The notes: generated from the sequence alone by a model not told the origin. A stretch of DNA of 64,000 nucleotides from an uncultured delta proteobacterium (GCA_963842215.1 CAWJFQ010000001.1:1030156-1094155); one strand, 5' to 3'. Shown: positions 41,036 to 50,194, numbered from the stretch's first letter. Numbers and translations are program-made.

Positions 41036-42205
41036 GTGCGCACCGCGCTGGATCACGCTCTCGCGAAAAAAGAGCTGACGCCTGAGGAAGGGCTGCTGCT
41101 GTACACGTCGGAGGGCGACGACCTGCGTGCGACGATCAAGTGCGCCGACCTCGCGCGCGCCGAGGACAACGGCGACGAAGTCACTTATGTCGTCAATCGC
41201 AATATCAACTTCACCAACATCTGCTTCGTGGGATGCCAGTTCTGCGGCTTCAAGCGTCAGCGCTGGGAGGCCGACGCCTATGATCATTCCGACGAGACGA
41301 TCGTGCGCAAAGTCGCTGATGCAGTCGCCCGCGGCGCGACCGAGATCTGCATGCAGGGCGGCATTAACCCCGACATGCCGCCGTTCAAATATCGCGACCT
41401 GCTCGACGCGATGAAGCGCGCCTTCCCCGAGATTCACATCCACGCGTTCTCGCCGATGGAAATCATGTACGGCGCCAAGCGCGTACGGATGGATTATCCG
41501 GAATACATCACGATGCTCAAGGAGCACGGCCTCGGCTCAATCCCGGGCACCGCGGCGGAAATCCTCGACGACGGCGTGCGCGAAATTCTGAGTCATAAGA
41601 AGGTCGACGTCGCCGCGTGGGTCGAGATAATCACTACCGCGCACGCGGTCGGCGTGCCGACGACTTCGACCGTGATGTACGGGCACGTCGAGAGTCCGCA
41701 GCACGTCGTCAATCATCTCGATTTGCTGCGCACGATCCAGAAACAGACGCATGGCTTCACCGAGTTCGTGCCGCTGCGATTCATCCATCAGAACACGATG
41801 CTCTATCGTAAGGGCCTCGTGTCGCCGGTCGATCGGGGTCAGCTCGATTTCCAGATGTACGCGTTCTCGCGCCTGTTCCTGCGCGGGCAGATCGACAATA
41901 TACAGACCTCGTGGGTCAAGTGCGGCGTCGATCTCGCCGCGCTGACGCTCAAGGCCGGATGCAACGATCTGTCGGGCACGCTGATGGAAGAGAGCATTAC
42001 GGCGCAGGCCGGCGGCGACTCGGGCGAATTCGTCCCGGTCGATCTGTTCGAGGAAAAAGCGCGAGAGATGGGCCGCGTCGCGGTCGAACGCACCACGCTT
42101 TACAAGAAGCTCTACGGAAGAAAGGCACCCAATGGCGCGCGGCCAATCGCGACCCCTCCCGCCCCGGCAGATAACCACGTTAGCGGGGGGAGTGGGTGCG
42201 GCTAA
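41036..42205 (+). CDS. cofH: FO synthase subunit CofH (radical SAM)
   Basis: 389 aa with a GTG start. Radical-SAM motif CFVGCQFCGF, preceded by VTYVVNRNINFTNIC, typical of CofH / the FbiC C-terminal half. The low-complexity C-terminal tail overlaps the cofD start by 74 nt. Confidence 0.85.
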   Translation: MRTALDHALAKKELTPEEGLLLYTSEGDDLRATIKCADLARAEDNGDEVTYVVNRNINFTNICFVGCQFCGFKRQRWEADAYDHSDETIVRKVADAVARGATEICMQGGINPDMPPFKYRDLLDAMKRAFPEIHIHAFSPMEIMYGAKRVRMDYPEYITMLKEHGLGSIPGTAAEILDDGVREILSHKKVDVAAWVEIITTAHAVGVPTTSTVMYGHVESPQHVVNHLDLLRTIQKQTHGFTEFVPLRFIHQNTMLYRKGLVSPVDRGQLDFQMYAFSRLFLRGQIDNIQTSWVKCGVDLAALTLKAGCNDLSGTLMEESITAQAGGDSGEFVPVDLFEEKAREMGRVAVERTTLYKKLYGRKAPNGARPIATPPAPADNHVSGGSGCG

Positions 42206-43098
42206 GTTCATCCGAGGACTGGTTCGGCGTATCGATCCCGCAAGGTTGACAGTCGTCGTTAACACCGGCGACGACGAAACCTTCTATGGGCTTTACGTTT
42301 CGCCCGATATCGACACCGTTACCTACACGCTCGCGGGTGCGGTGAATCGCGCGCAAGGCTGGGGACTCGAGGGCGAATCGTTCAACGTGCTGCCCGCGCT
42401 CGAGCGTTTCTATGGCAAGCCGTGGTTCGGCCTCGGCGATCGCGACCTCGCCACTCACCTATATCGCACCGAGCGGATGCGCCACGGCATGTCGCTCAGC
42501 CGAATCACGGCCGACATCGCGGAAGCATTCGCCGTCAAATCCAGAATTCTACCGATGAGCGACGACCGTGTACGCACCTTTGTGAAACTGCGCGGACGTC
42601 GCGCGATTCCGTTCCAGGAATATTTCGTGCGTGGACGTGCACGCGGCGTGGTCGAAAAGATCGAGTTGCGTGGAATCACAAGCGCGCGCGCGACTCCCGC
42701 GGTCCTCGCGGCAATTCGCGATTCCGCCGCGGTCATCCTGGCGCCGTCGAATCCATTCGTCTCGCTCGGCCCGATTCTGCAATTGACCGGGGTGCGCGAG
42801 GCGCTGCGCCGTGTGAAATCGCGCGTCGCCGCAATCAGCCCCATAGTCGGCGGCAAGACCATAAAAGGTCCCGCCGACAAAATGCTCCGTGGACTCGGGA
42901 TGGAAGTGTCGGCGCTAGGAGTTGCGCGGCTCTATCGCGACATCGTCGGGAATGTTCGTTCTCGACAATGCCGATCGGCGTTACGTCGAATCGATCGAAC
43001 GGCTTGGGATGCGCGCTATCGCCACCGACACCGTAATGGCCACGCCCGCGCGCGCCGCCGCTTTGGCTGAAGTGGTTCTGCGAGAGCTTGAGGTATAG
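42132..43098 (+). CDS. cofD: 2-phospho-L-lactate transferase CofD (apparent 1-nt frameshift near 42954)
   Basis: N-terminal TTLAGGVGAAKFIRGL and the conserved body run in frame to …ALGVARLYRDIVGN. The canonical C-terminus FVLDNADRRYVESIERLGMRAIATDTVMATPARAAALAEVVLRELEV* continues in the +1 frame to the TAG at 43096-43098. Confidence 0.75.
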
Positions 43099-43114
43099 TA
43101 GGCTGAACCCGCCG

Positions 43115-43867
43115 ATGCGCACGATAAGTCTCACCGCGATCGAAGGAATCCCGATGATAAAGGCGGGCGATGACCTTGCCGCGCTGATCGCCGCGGGACT
43201 CGACCACACCGGTTTCAAGCTCGCGGCCGGCGATATTCTCGTCGTATGCCAGAAGGTAGTCTCGAAAGCCGAAGGTCGAGTCGTGAATTTCAAGGACTTC
43301 GAGCCCTCCGAATTCGCCAAAGCCTACGCCAAGCGATGGGAGAAAGATCCGCGCGCGATCGAAATCGTGCTACGCCAAACCAGCCGAATCGTCCGCAACG
43401 ATCGCGGCGTGATGATCGTCGAGACCGGCCCGGGATGGGTCTGCGCCAATGCCGGGGTCGACGAATCGAACAGTCTCGAGGATGAGCGCGCCATTCTGTT
43501 GCCGGAGGATCCCGACGCGTCCGCGCGCAAGCTGCGTGACGAGATTCGCCGCCGCGCCGGCGTCAGCGTCGCCGTGCTGATCACCGATACCTTCGGCCGC
43601 CCGTGGCGCGATGGCCTGACTGAGATCTGCCTCGGCATCGCCGGCATGAATCCGGTACTCGACCTGCGCGGCACCATGGACCTTGGTGGCCGCGAATTGC
43701 ATCACACTGTAGTTGCGATCGCCGACGAGATCGCAGCCGCCGCCGGCCTGCTGATGGAAAAAGCCGGCGCAATTCCCGCCGTGGTCGTGCGCGGATATCA
43801 CTACGAACCGTTTGAAGGCAGCGCGAAGATATTGATTCGCCCGGCCGAAGCCGATTTATTTCGATAA
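43115..43867 (+). CDS. cofE: coenzyme F420-0:L-glutamate ligase CofE
   Basis: About 250 aa. The N-terminus (IEGIPMIKAGDDLAALIAAGL) and core (VCQKVVSKAEGR … GWVCANAGVDESN … AVLITDTFGRPWRDG) match the CofE family. Confidence 0.75.
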   Translation: MRTISLTAIEGIPMIKAGDDLAALIAAGLDHTGFKLAAGDILVVCQKVVSKAEGRVVNFKDFEPSEFAKAYAKRWEKDPRAIEIVLRQTSRIVRNDRGVMIVETGPGWVCANAGVDESNSLEDERAILLPEDPDASARKLRDEIRRRAGVSVAVLITDTFGRPWRDGLTEICLGIAGMNPVLDLRGTMDLGGRELHHTVVAIADEIAAAAGLLMEKAGAIPAVVVRGYHYEPFEGSAKILIRPAEADLFR

Positions 43868-43876
43868 CCTGCAAAC

Positions 43877-44887
43877 GTGAAAAGAGCCAAAGCAACTCAA
43901 CTCGCTGCCGCATCGACGCCTGAGGCGTTGAATCCTGCGCGCCTCGTCGAAGCCGACCTCGCAGCGGTCGAGGCGAAGCTTTCGCGCCTGCTCGACTCGA
44001 AAGAACCGATCATCGCGGAGATCTGCCATTACTTGGTCGATGCCGGCGGCAAGCGGCTGCGACCTACGTTCATCATGCTGGTGTACCGCGCATGCGGCGG
44101 AAGCGACGCGAAAGCCGACGAGCCGATCGACGCAGCAATCGCGCTCGAGCTGATCCATTCCGCGACGCTGCTCCACGACGACATCATCGATCGCGGCTTG
44201 CTGCGGCGCGGGAAACCATCAGCCTTCGCGCGCTACGGATTCGGTCCGTCGCTGATCGCCGGCGACTACTTGTTCTGCCGCGCGTTCGAAGTATGCGGCC
44301 GCTTTGAAGAACATCTCGTGCACACGGCGGCGCAGGCCTGTGTTCAGCTCACCGAAGGCGAAGTGATGGAGAGCAGGTTCCGTCACAGCGTGGCTGCGAC
44401 GCTGAAGGATTACATCGCGGTGATCGACCGCAAGACCGCGTCGCTGTTTCATGCAGGTGGCAAAGTTGCGGCTGATCTCGCAGGTGGCTCGAAGCGGACT
44501 ATCGAGGCCATGGCGAAACTCGGAACCGCGATGGGCCTCGCCTTCCAGATGGTCGACGACCTGCTCGACATCCTCGGACCGGAAGAGAAAATCGGCAAAC
44601 CGGTCGGCTCCGATCTGCGCGCCGGCATCCCTTCGCTGCCGGTTGTGCTCGGCGTCGAGCGCTGTGCCGAATTGCGCGGAATGTTTCAGAACGGGACGAA
44701 GATGGAAGGCGCGGTGCTCGAGCGTGCGCTCGAATTGCTGCGCGATCCTGAAATCATCGCCACCACGCGTCGCCTTGCCGCCGATCAGGTCGCAATCGCG
44801 CGCTCGATTCTCGACCAGCTCGAACCCTCGCTCTACCGCGACGGCCTGGCAACGCTGATCGACGACCAGACCTTCCGCGAAGTCTGA
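43877..44887 (+). CDS. polyprenyl diphosphate synthase (trans-isoprenyl diphosphate synthase family)
   Basis: 336 aa. First aspartate-rich motif LLHDDIIDRG and second DD-motif region (QMVDDLLDILG). Confidence 0.8.
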   Translation: MKRAKATQLAAASTPEALNPARLVEADLAAVEAKLSRLLDSKEPIIAEICHYLVDAGGKRLRPTFIMLVYRACGGSDAKADEPIDAAIALELIHSATLLHDDIIDRGLLRRGKPSAFARYGFGPSLIAGDYLFCRAFEVCGRFEEHLVHTAAQACVQLTEGEVMESRFRHSVAATLKDYIAVIDRKTASLFHAGGKVAADLAGGSKRTIEAMAKLGTAMGLAFQMVDDLLDILGPEEKIGKPVGSDLRAGIPSLPVVLGVERCAELRGMFQNGTKMEGAVLERALELLRDPEIIATTRRLAADQVAIARSILDQLEPSLYRDGLATLIDDQTFREV

Positions 44888-44888
44888 G

Positions 44889-46088
44889 ATGCCGAACGCA
44901 ATCGTCGTAGGCGCCGGTCCGGCGGGCGCATTGCTCGCCTATATGCTTGCGCGCCGCGGCGTTCCGGTGACGCTGCTCGAACGACAGACCGATTTCTCGC
45001 GCGAGTTTCGCGGCGAAATCTTGATGCCCTCGGGCATCGCGGCGCTGCACGAGGCCGGACTTCGTCAGCAGTTCGACGCGCTGCCGAATCTGCCGATTGG
45101 AAGGGTCCAGCTCTTTCGCGGCGAACGAGCTGTCGTCACCGTTCCGCTTGATGGCCTGGCCGTACGTCCGCGAGTAGTGCCGCAGCCCGCGATGCTCGAG
45201 ATGATCGTTGCCGAGGCCGCCAAAGCTCCCGACTTCAAGCTCGAGCGCGGCGTGACCGTGCGCGATTTGATCTACGAAAAAGATCGCGTGATGGGCATTC
45301 ATGCCGACACGCTCCAGGGTCCGCGCGAGTTTCGCGGCGACTTCGTGATCGCGTGCGACGGACGTGCATCAGCAATTCGCAAACGCATAGGGCTTCCGCA
45401 GGACCGCATCATGCAAGGCTTCGACGTCGTGTGGGGCCACGTTCCCGGTCAATTTCCGGACGTCAAGACCGCGCGCGGCTACATTGGGAGCGGACACCTG
45501 CTCATCATGTATCCGTCCCCCGAAGGGCACACGCAGATCGGCTGGGTCATCGACAAGGGGACCTTCGGCGACATCAAACGAATGGGCGAAGGATGGATCG
45601 ACGAGCTTATGCCGCATGTATCGCCCGATCTGCGAACCTATCTAGCTGCGAACAAGACCGGCCTGGCGCATCCGTTCCTGCTCGATGTGATTTGCGATCG
45701 CCTGCGCGAATGGACCGTGCCCGGCCTGCTGCTGATAGGCGACGCCGCTCACCCGATGTCGCCGGTCGGAGGACAGGGACTCAACGTCGCGCTGCGTGAC
45801 GCGGTCGTCGCGGCAAATCATCTCGGTCGCGCACTGATGATGCGCTCCGACGCAGCCACGCTTGATTTCGCTGCGCGCAATATTCAGGCCGAGCGATGGC
45901 CCGAGGTCACCACGATTCAGGACATGCAGCAGGTCGGCCCGCGCTTTCTCCTGTCGAATTCGCCGCTCAGCCGAGTCACCGTCAGCGCACCGGCGATCGC
46001 GTTTGCAAAAATGTTCCTCGGCGGCTACCTCGCGCAGCGCTTCGATCCGTTCCTGAACGGCGTAACTCGCGTCGTGATGGAACAGTGA
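44889..46088 (+). CDS. FAD-dependent oxidoreductase (geranylgeranyl-reductase / UbiH-like monooxygenase fold)
   Basis: 399 aa. GxGxxG region VVGAGPAGALLAYMLARRGVPVTLLER, the CDGRASAIR motif, and GDAAHPMSPVGGQG. Starts 2 nt after the polyprenyl synthase stop. Confidence 0.65.
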   Translation: MPNAIVVGAGPAGALLAYMLARRGVPVTLLERQTDFSREFRGEILMPSGIAALHEAGLRQQFDALPNLPIGRVQLFRGERAVVTVPLDGLAVRPRVVPQPAMLEMIVAEAAKAPDFKLERGVTVRDLIYEKDRVMGIHADTLQGPREFRGDFVIACDGRASAIRKRIGLPQDRIMQGFDVVWGHVPGQFPDVKTARGYIGSGHLLIMYPSPEGHTQIGWVIDKGTFGDIKRMGEGWIDELMPHVSPDLRTYLAANKTGLAHPFLLDVICDRLREWTVPGLLLIGDAAHPMSPVGGQGLNVALRDAVVAANHLGRALMMRSDAATLDFAARNIQAERWPEVTTIQDMQQVGPRFLLSNSPLSRVTVSAPAIAFAKMFLGGYLAQRFDPFLNGVTRVVMEQ

Positions 46089-46094
46089 CTGTCC

Positions 46095-47708
46095 TCACAC
46101 GATTATAAAATTCGCGATCATCGCCGCGTCTTCATGCGGCAATATGTGACAATGGTAGACCGACTTGCCCTTCCAGGTCTTGAAGCGCGTGCGCATCTTG
46201 AGCTCGGAAAATGGCGCGAGCCATATCGTATCGTGCAGCCGGTGATAGTCCGGATTTCCCGGCATCCCCAACACCTCGAATGAGTTGACGTGAATATGAA
46301 AGGGGTGAATACCATCCGAGTTGTTCGCGAGCGTCCATTCCTCCGCCGTACCGAGCCGGACTGTATTATCTATTCGCGTCTCCGAATACAGTTGACCGCC
46401 AATCAGAAACTCGACTCCAGTAAGTATCGACTTGACTCCATTTTTCATCGTGAATACTACTTTGCGCCGAGCTACTATCTCATCGTCGCGAATGAGTGGA
46501 TACTCACGCGTCGGCGTCGGCAGCTTGTCGGGAATACTCATATTTGCCGGTGCGCCTGAGACGATGAAATTCGCAAGCGCGATTTCCGGCGACGACATCA
46601 TCTCTCCCATTGCCTCGCTCAACAGGTTCGGCGACATTGGCATCTGTGGCAGCGCAATCAACATACCAGTCGTGGCTTTCTGCGGTGCGCGAATCAGCAC
46701 CTCGTTGCGATTTCCGGGCGCCATCCGCATAGCAGTTTTGAGGTCCTCGCCCACTCTCTCAGGCCGCAGAAGATTGATTCCGTCCTGCCCGATTACGTAC
46801 ATCTCGAAACCCGGAAGTACTATTGGCATTGGAATGCCATCGGTGCCATTGAGTATTCGTAATCGCAGCACTTCACCCGGCCGCATCTGGTAATTAGGTA
46901 ATGATTGTTTCGTAGCTAGTGGCTTCTTGCCGCGACGATCGATTACGAGCACCGGCTGCCCGTTCGCCGTGATTAACTCCATCTGAGTAGTGAAGTAGTA
47001 GCCACCCTCGTCGGCCGGCTTGTACGCAATTGGCTCCCATCCCCAGAGATCTTTTCCGTTGGCGAGCGGATTAACCTTGATGTTTTGAATAGCCAGTAGC
47101 TCGTCGCGAGCCGCCGCGATTTCCGGCACTTCGTCGATCGCTCCCTTCACCAGTATCAACCCAGCCATCCCGCCGCCGACCTGCACTGTCGCGGAGCCGT
47201 GATGGTGCGGATGGTACCAATACAAACCGGCCGGATGATCGTCTGGCAGTTGGAAGTCATAGGTGAGGCTCTGCTCCGCTCCGATCGCAATCATGCGCGA
47301 TGCGGGATCCGACGTACCGACCGGCGCGAACAGATGCGGGATCACCTGCAAGCCGTGGACGTGGAGGCTGGTGGTGTTGAAGTGATTCGGATTGTTCTCG
47401 CCATCGATTCCAGCGGGCGCGACTGCCGGCGGATCGGGCGGCAGGCTGTTCGCGAGCGTGACGCGCAAGATGTGTCCCGGCCGCGTAACCATCAGCGGCC
47501 CCGGAAGACTCGCGTTGTAGGTGCGCGTGCGCAACCGGAGACCGGCGAGCTCACGCTCGGAATATCCAACTCGCAACGTGTACGCATCGACGGATGCGGA
47601 TTGCGCCGCCTGAACCGGCTCTGGAAATAACCCGAGCATCGCGGCGCCCGCGATAGTTCCGCCTGCGGCGAGAAACTGTCGGCGTGTAAGTCGCAGCTGA
47701 TGTCCCAT
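46095..47708 (-). CDS. Tat-exported multicopper oxidase
   Basis: Twin-arginine signal MGHQLRLTRRQFLAAGGTIAGAAML. Copper-site motifs HVHG…, WYHPHHHG, HPFHIHVNSFEV, HCHILPHEDAAM. Confidence 0.8.
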   Translation of the reverse strand: MGHQLRLTRRQFLAAGGTIAGAAMLGLFPEPVQAAQSASVDAYTLRVGYSERELAGLRLRTRTYNASLPGPLMVTRPGHILRVTLANSLPPDPPAVAPAGIDGENNPNHFNTTSLHVHGLQVIPHLFAPVGTSDPASRMIAIGAEQSLTYDFQLPDDHPAGLYWYHPHHHGSATVQVGGGMAGLILVKGAIDEVPEIAAARDELLAIQNIKVNPLANGKDLWGWEPIAYKPADEGGYYFTTQMELITANGQPVLVIDRRGKKPLATKQSLPNYQMRPGEVLRLRILNGTDGIPMPIVLPGFEMYVIGQDGINLLRPERVGEDLKTAMRMAPGNRNEVLIRAPQKATTGMLIALPQMPMSPNLLSEAMGEMMSSPEIALANFIVSGAPANMSIPDKLPTPTREYPLIRDDEIVARRKVVFTMKNGVKSILTGVEFLIGGQLYSETRIDNTVRLGTAEEWTLANNSDGIHPFHIHVNSFEVLGMPGNPDYHRLHDTIWLAPFSELKMRTRFKTWKGKSVYHCHILPHEDAAMIANFIIV

Positions 47709-47777
47709 GTTCCCTTCCCCGAATGAAGCGCCAGCCAACTCGAAAAAGAATGCGGATTCAATTATCAAAAACTTTCG

Positions 47778-47785
47778 TTTGACGT
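47778..47785. repeat. target-site duplication (left copy), TTTGACGT
   Basis: Identical 8-mer abutting both inverted repeats (second copy at 50157-50164). An 8-bp duplication is typical of the IS1595 family. Confidence 0.7.
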
Positions 47786-47809
47786 GGGGATTATGTTGAT
47801 GTTGACTCC
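47786..47809. repeat. left terminal inverted repeat of the IS1595-family unit
   Basis: Seen directly in the sequence. Its reverse complement matches 50133-50156 at 22 of 24 positions. Confidence 0.75.
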
Positions 47810-47886
47810 CAACGTCAAGGTAGGCGAAAGTGAGCGATGAAATACGATGCTCGCGAGACTATTTGCAAGACTACTTTGGGGAGCCA

Positions 47887-48129
47887 ATGGAACTGATTCT
47901 CACGTATCGGGGGCCGCTGCCTTCAGGGCAAGGTAAAAACAAGAAAGCGCGTGGTAAGCGGAACGTACGAAGCTCACAATGCGCGAACAGTTTCATGCGC
48001 AGTTGCGCCACCACTGGAGTTCGGTTGAGCCGCTTCGCAAGTGGTATAGGAATGGAGCTTTTGAATTCAATCAAATTAAGCCAGAACAGTTTCCGTCTTC
48101 ATGGTCGGCAATTCGCGTTCCACAAGTAA
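47887..48129 (+). CDS. small ORF upstream of and overlapping the RusA-like gene (possible frameshifted N-terminal part, or separate passenger)
   Basis: GGGGAG ribosome-binding site, then MELILTYRGPLPSGQGKNKKARGKRNV… This resembles the N-terminal strand of RusA-type resolvases. It overlaps the next ORF in another frame. Confidence 0.2.
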   Translation: MELILTYRGPLPSGQGKNKKARGKRNVRSSQCANSFMRSCATTGVRLSRFASGIGMELLNSIKLSQNSFRLHGRQFAFHK

Positions 48130-48497
48130 AGGTTCTTTTCGCGCCGTTGGTTATTACTGGTCTATATCTGAAATTGGTCTGCGAACTCGACATTGAAATT
48201 CTCTCGCGCGACGAACCAGGATCGATTGTCAATTCCGGCGATCTCGACAATCGATTAAAAGTTCTGATCGACGCTCTTCGGATGCCGCTGGCAAATGAAA
48301 ACTGCATCTATGCTCCGCCAACAGATTACGTCTGCTTTTGTTTGCTGGAAGACGACAAACTGATAACGAGATTTCAGGCTAAGACGAGTCGTTTGCTCCG
48401 TCCAATTTTCGGCGGCGAAAATCCCGAAGACGTTGAAGTTACGATCAAGGTGGCAATACGGGCAAGCGATCTTAGTGTTTGGCCGTTAAAAGCCTAG
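47979..48497 (+). CDS. RusA-like Holliday-junction resolvase family protein (passenger gene)
   Basis: 172 aa. GDLDNRLKVLIDAL plus a downstream EDDKLI acidic motif and FGGENPEDVEVTIKV C-terminal strand match the RusA DxDN…K…DAL…D catalytic signature. The N-terminus is uncertain. Confidence 0.45.
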   Translation: MREQFHAQLRHHWSSVEPLRKWYRNGAFEFNQIKPEQFPSSWSAIRVPQVKVLFAPLVITGLYLKLVCELDIEILSRDEPGSIVNSGDLDNRLKVLIDALRMPLANENCIYAPPTDYVCFCLLEDDKLITRFQAKTSRLLRPIFGGENPEDVEVTIKVAIRASDLSVWPLKA

Positions 48498-48530
48498 CCG
48501 CTTAGGAAGCCAAATTAGTATGCTGCGCGG

Positions 48531-48953
48531 ATGGACAAATCGAATGCCGACATCCTCACACAGTCTCGGGCTCGCTTGCGGATCGTCATGGGCGAAAAAG
48601 CGCGTATATGGGCGCAGGTTCAGGAACTCAAAACCGAATTCGATACAAAATATAAAGCGTTGGATTGGGAAGCTGTTGTCCATCCGAGACGCGAGTCTGC
48701 CGAGGGGATACTTCAAGTCATGAAGTCAATTAGTCGATTGCTCGTGATAGGAAACAAAACTGAGGGTGTTCTGATTCATAAATTCAAAGCATCAGATTCA
48801 AGTCTGCCATCGGTTGCGAGAACGCTGAAAGTTGCGGAACGGACGCTACTGGATATGGAACGGCTTCGCGCGTCGATAGCGCAAGCGATCTATGACATCG
48901 ATTTCCATCGCGCAAAGGCGCGGGGAAAGAAACCGAAAAACGGTCGCGGTTAA
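48531..48953 (+). CDS. hypothetical passenger protein
   Basis: 140 aa with codon usage unlike the host genes. No recognisable family. Confidence 0.35.
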   Translation: MDKSNADILTQSRARLRIVMGEKARIWAQVQELKTEFDTKYKALDWEAVVHPRRESAEGILQVMKSISRLLVIGNKTEGVLIHKFKASDSSLPSVARTLKVAERTLLDMERLRASIAQAIYDIDFHRAKARGKKPKNGRG

Positions 48954-48959
48954 CTCTGG

Positions 48960-49134
48960 AGTGCTCGCTTCAACTGCGCTGCGAGCTTGGCGACTTCGAC
49001 ATCGAGCCAGAAGGCTTTTGCTTTTTCGAGGGCGAGAGAATGGGCTTCAGCATGTTTTTTAATTTCTCGATATCGACGTGTCGGAGTTTTTCGCGCAACT
49101 CTTCGTCTTCTTGTTTCGTTTGTTCGCTGACCAT
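48960..49134 (-). CDS. small coiled-coil passenger protein (apparent frameshift at an A-run)
   Basis: MVSEQTKQEDEELREKLRHVDIEKL… in one frame. The coiled-coil tail …KKHAEAHSLALEKAKAFWLDVEVAKLAAQLKRALQS continues in another frame, with the junction at the AAAAAA run near 49045-49050. Confidence 0.25.
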
Positions 49135-49172
49135 CCCGTGATGTTAGCACGGGTTTTGCGAAGCGACCAACG

Positions 49173-50105
49173 CTACACAGTTTGAAGTAGTTTCGTAAAC
49201 ATTTCAGGATCGTTGCGCCCGTTGAATCGGAATGCAAATTCATTGACGTACAGCGGCAGATACTCGCGCGTGACGTGATGAAACGATCCCATGATGCCGC
49301 GCTTCAACAATGACCAGAACGATTCGATCGTCTGTGTGTGAACGGAGCCGGTCACGTACTGGTGTGCGCTGTGGTTGACAGTTTTGTGAACGAAACCATG
49401 GCCGCGCAGATGGCGATAGCCTTTGTGCTCATCGGTCACGACCAGCTTGGCTCTGGTCGAAACCGCTTCCGAGACAAAATCCGCTATCGTGGTAAATCCC
49501 ATTTCGTCAACGGCTTTAGCGATGACGCTGCCCTTGCGCGAGATCGCGCCGATGACTGTCAATTTGCCTGAACCCTGTGGTCCTGAACTCTGACTCTTCT
49601 TGTCCCAATGTTTGTTTTTGTCTTTGCCGCCGATGTACGTTTCGTCAACTTCGACAATGCCCTCAAGCTGATCGATTCCGCCACGCATCGCGCATCGAAG
49701 CCGCATGCACATAAACCAGCTTGTGCGATAGTCGGAGCCAGAGTCTTCGCCGAACACTGTGCGATGAATCTGAAGCGCGCTGATTCCCTTTTTTGCGGTC
49801 AGCATCAAGTAGGCAACGCGAAACCAAATATCGAGCGGAATTTTCGTATCCTGAAAGATCGTTTTCGTGATGACGCTGAATCGATAGCCGCCGTTCTTGG
49901 CGCACGTAACGGGTTTGCCATCGGCATCGGTCGTGACCTTGCCGCTCTTGCAGACCCAATGAAACGGGCGCGCCTTGAGCGTGATAACGCGCTTATTCCC
50001 GCATCGCGGACAGACCGGACCGTCAGGCCAACGGCACTCGGCTAGCAGCTTCTTACACGCGTCTTCGTTGGGAAAGTCAGCCTCAAAGGCTTTCAGCGTT
50101 TTCAT
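49173..50105 (-). CDS. IS1595-family transposase (N-terminal zinc-ribbon plus DDE domain)
   Basis: 310 aa. Zinc-binding CPRCGNKRV…C…C, then a DDE_Tnp_IS1595-type core (EVDETYIGGKDKNKHW … VTDEHKGY … ESFWSLLKRGIMGSFHHVTREYLPLYVNEF). Confidence 0.8.
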   Translation of the reverse strand: MKTLKAFEADFPNEDACKKLLAECRWPDGPVCPRCGNKRVITLKARPFHWVCKSGKVTTDADGKPVTCAKNGGYRFSVITKTIFQDTKIPLDIWFRVAYLMLTAKKGISALQIHRTVFGEDSGSDYRTSWFMCMRLRCAMRGGIDQLEGIVEVDETYIGGKDKNKHWDKKSQSSGPQGSGKLTVIGAISRKGSVIAKAVDEMGFTTIADFVSEAVSTRAKLVVTDEHKGYRHLRGHGFVHKTVNHSAHQYVTGSVHTQTIESFWSLLKRGIMGSFHHVTREYLPLYVNEFAFRFNGRNDPEMFTKLLQTV

Positions 50106-50132
50106 GATATGGATATTACACTTTTAGGGAAT

Positions 50133-50156
50133 TGGAGTCAACAGGAACATAATCCC
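50133..50156. repeat. right terminal inverted repeat of the IS1595-family unit
   Basis: See the left inverted repeat. Confidence 0.75.
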
Positions 50157-50194
50157 CTTTGACGTGAGGCGAAAAAAGAGCGAAAACATACATT

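Larger units (their letters stand above)
47786..50156 (-). mobile_element. IS1595-family transposable unit (2.37 kb) carrying passenger genes
   Basis: Terminal inverted repeats GGGGATTATGTTGATGTTGACTCC (47786-47809) and GGAGTCAACAGGAACATAATCCCC (50133-50156) match at 22 of 24 positions. They are flanked by a perfect 8-bp direct repeat TTTGACGT (47778-47785 and 50157-50164). The interior has visibly lower GC than the flanks. An intact IS1595-type transposase lies at one end. Confidence 0.75.

Noticed and set aside
42132-42205. 74-nt overlap between the cofH 3' end and the cofD start
   Set aside because: This could indicate another frameshift in the cofH tail. But the cofH core is complete and the tail is low-complexity, so I am not confident enough to call one.
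47810-47820. AACGTCAA immediately inside the left inverted repeat, the reverse complement of the TTGACGT target-site duplication
   Set aside because: A possible sign of nested inverted symmetry, but it is too short to distinguish from chance.
49135-49157. Hairpin CCCGTG-atgttag-CACGGG followed by TTTTG on the plus strand inside the IS1595 unit
   Set aside because: It overlaps the start of the minus-strand coiled-coil ORF. No plus-strand gene ends nearby. It may damp read-through into the transposase, but this is not demonstrable.
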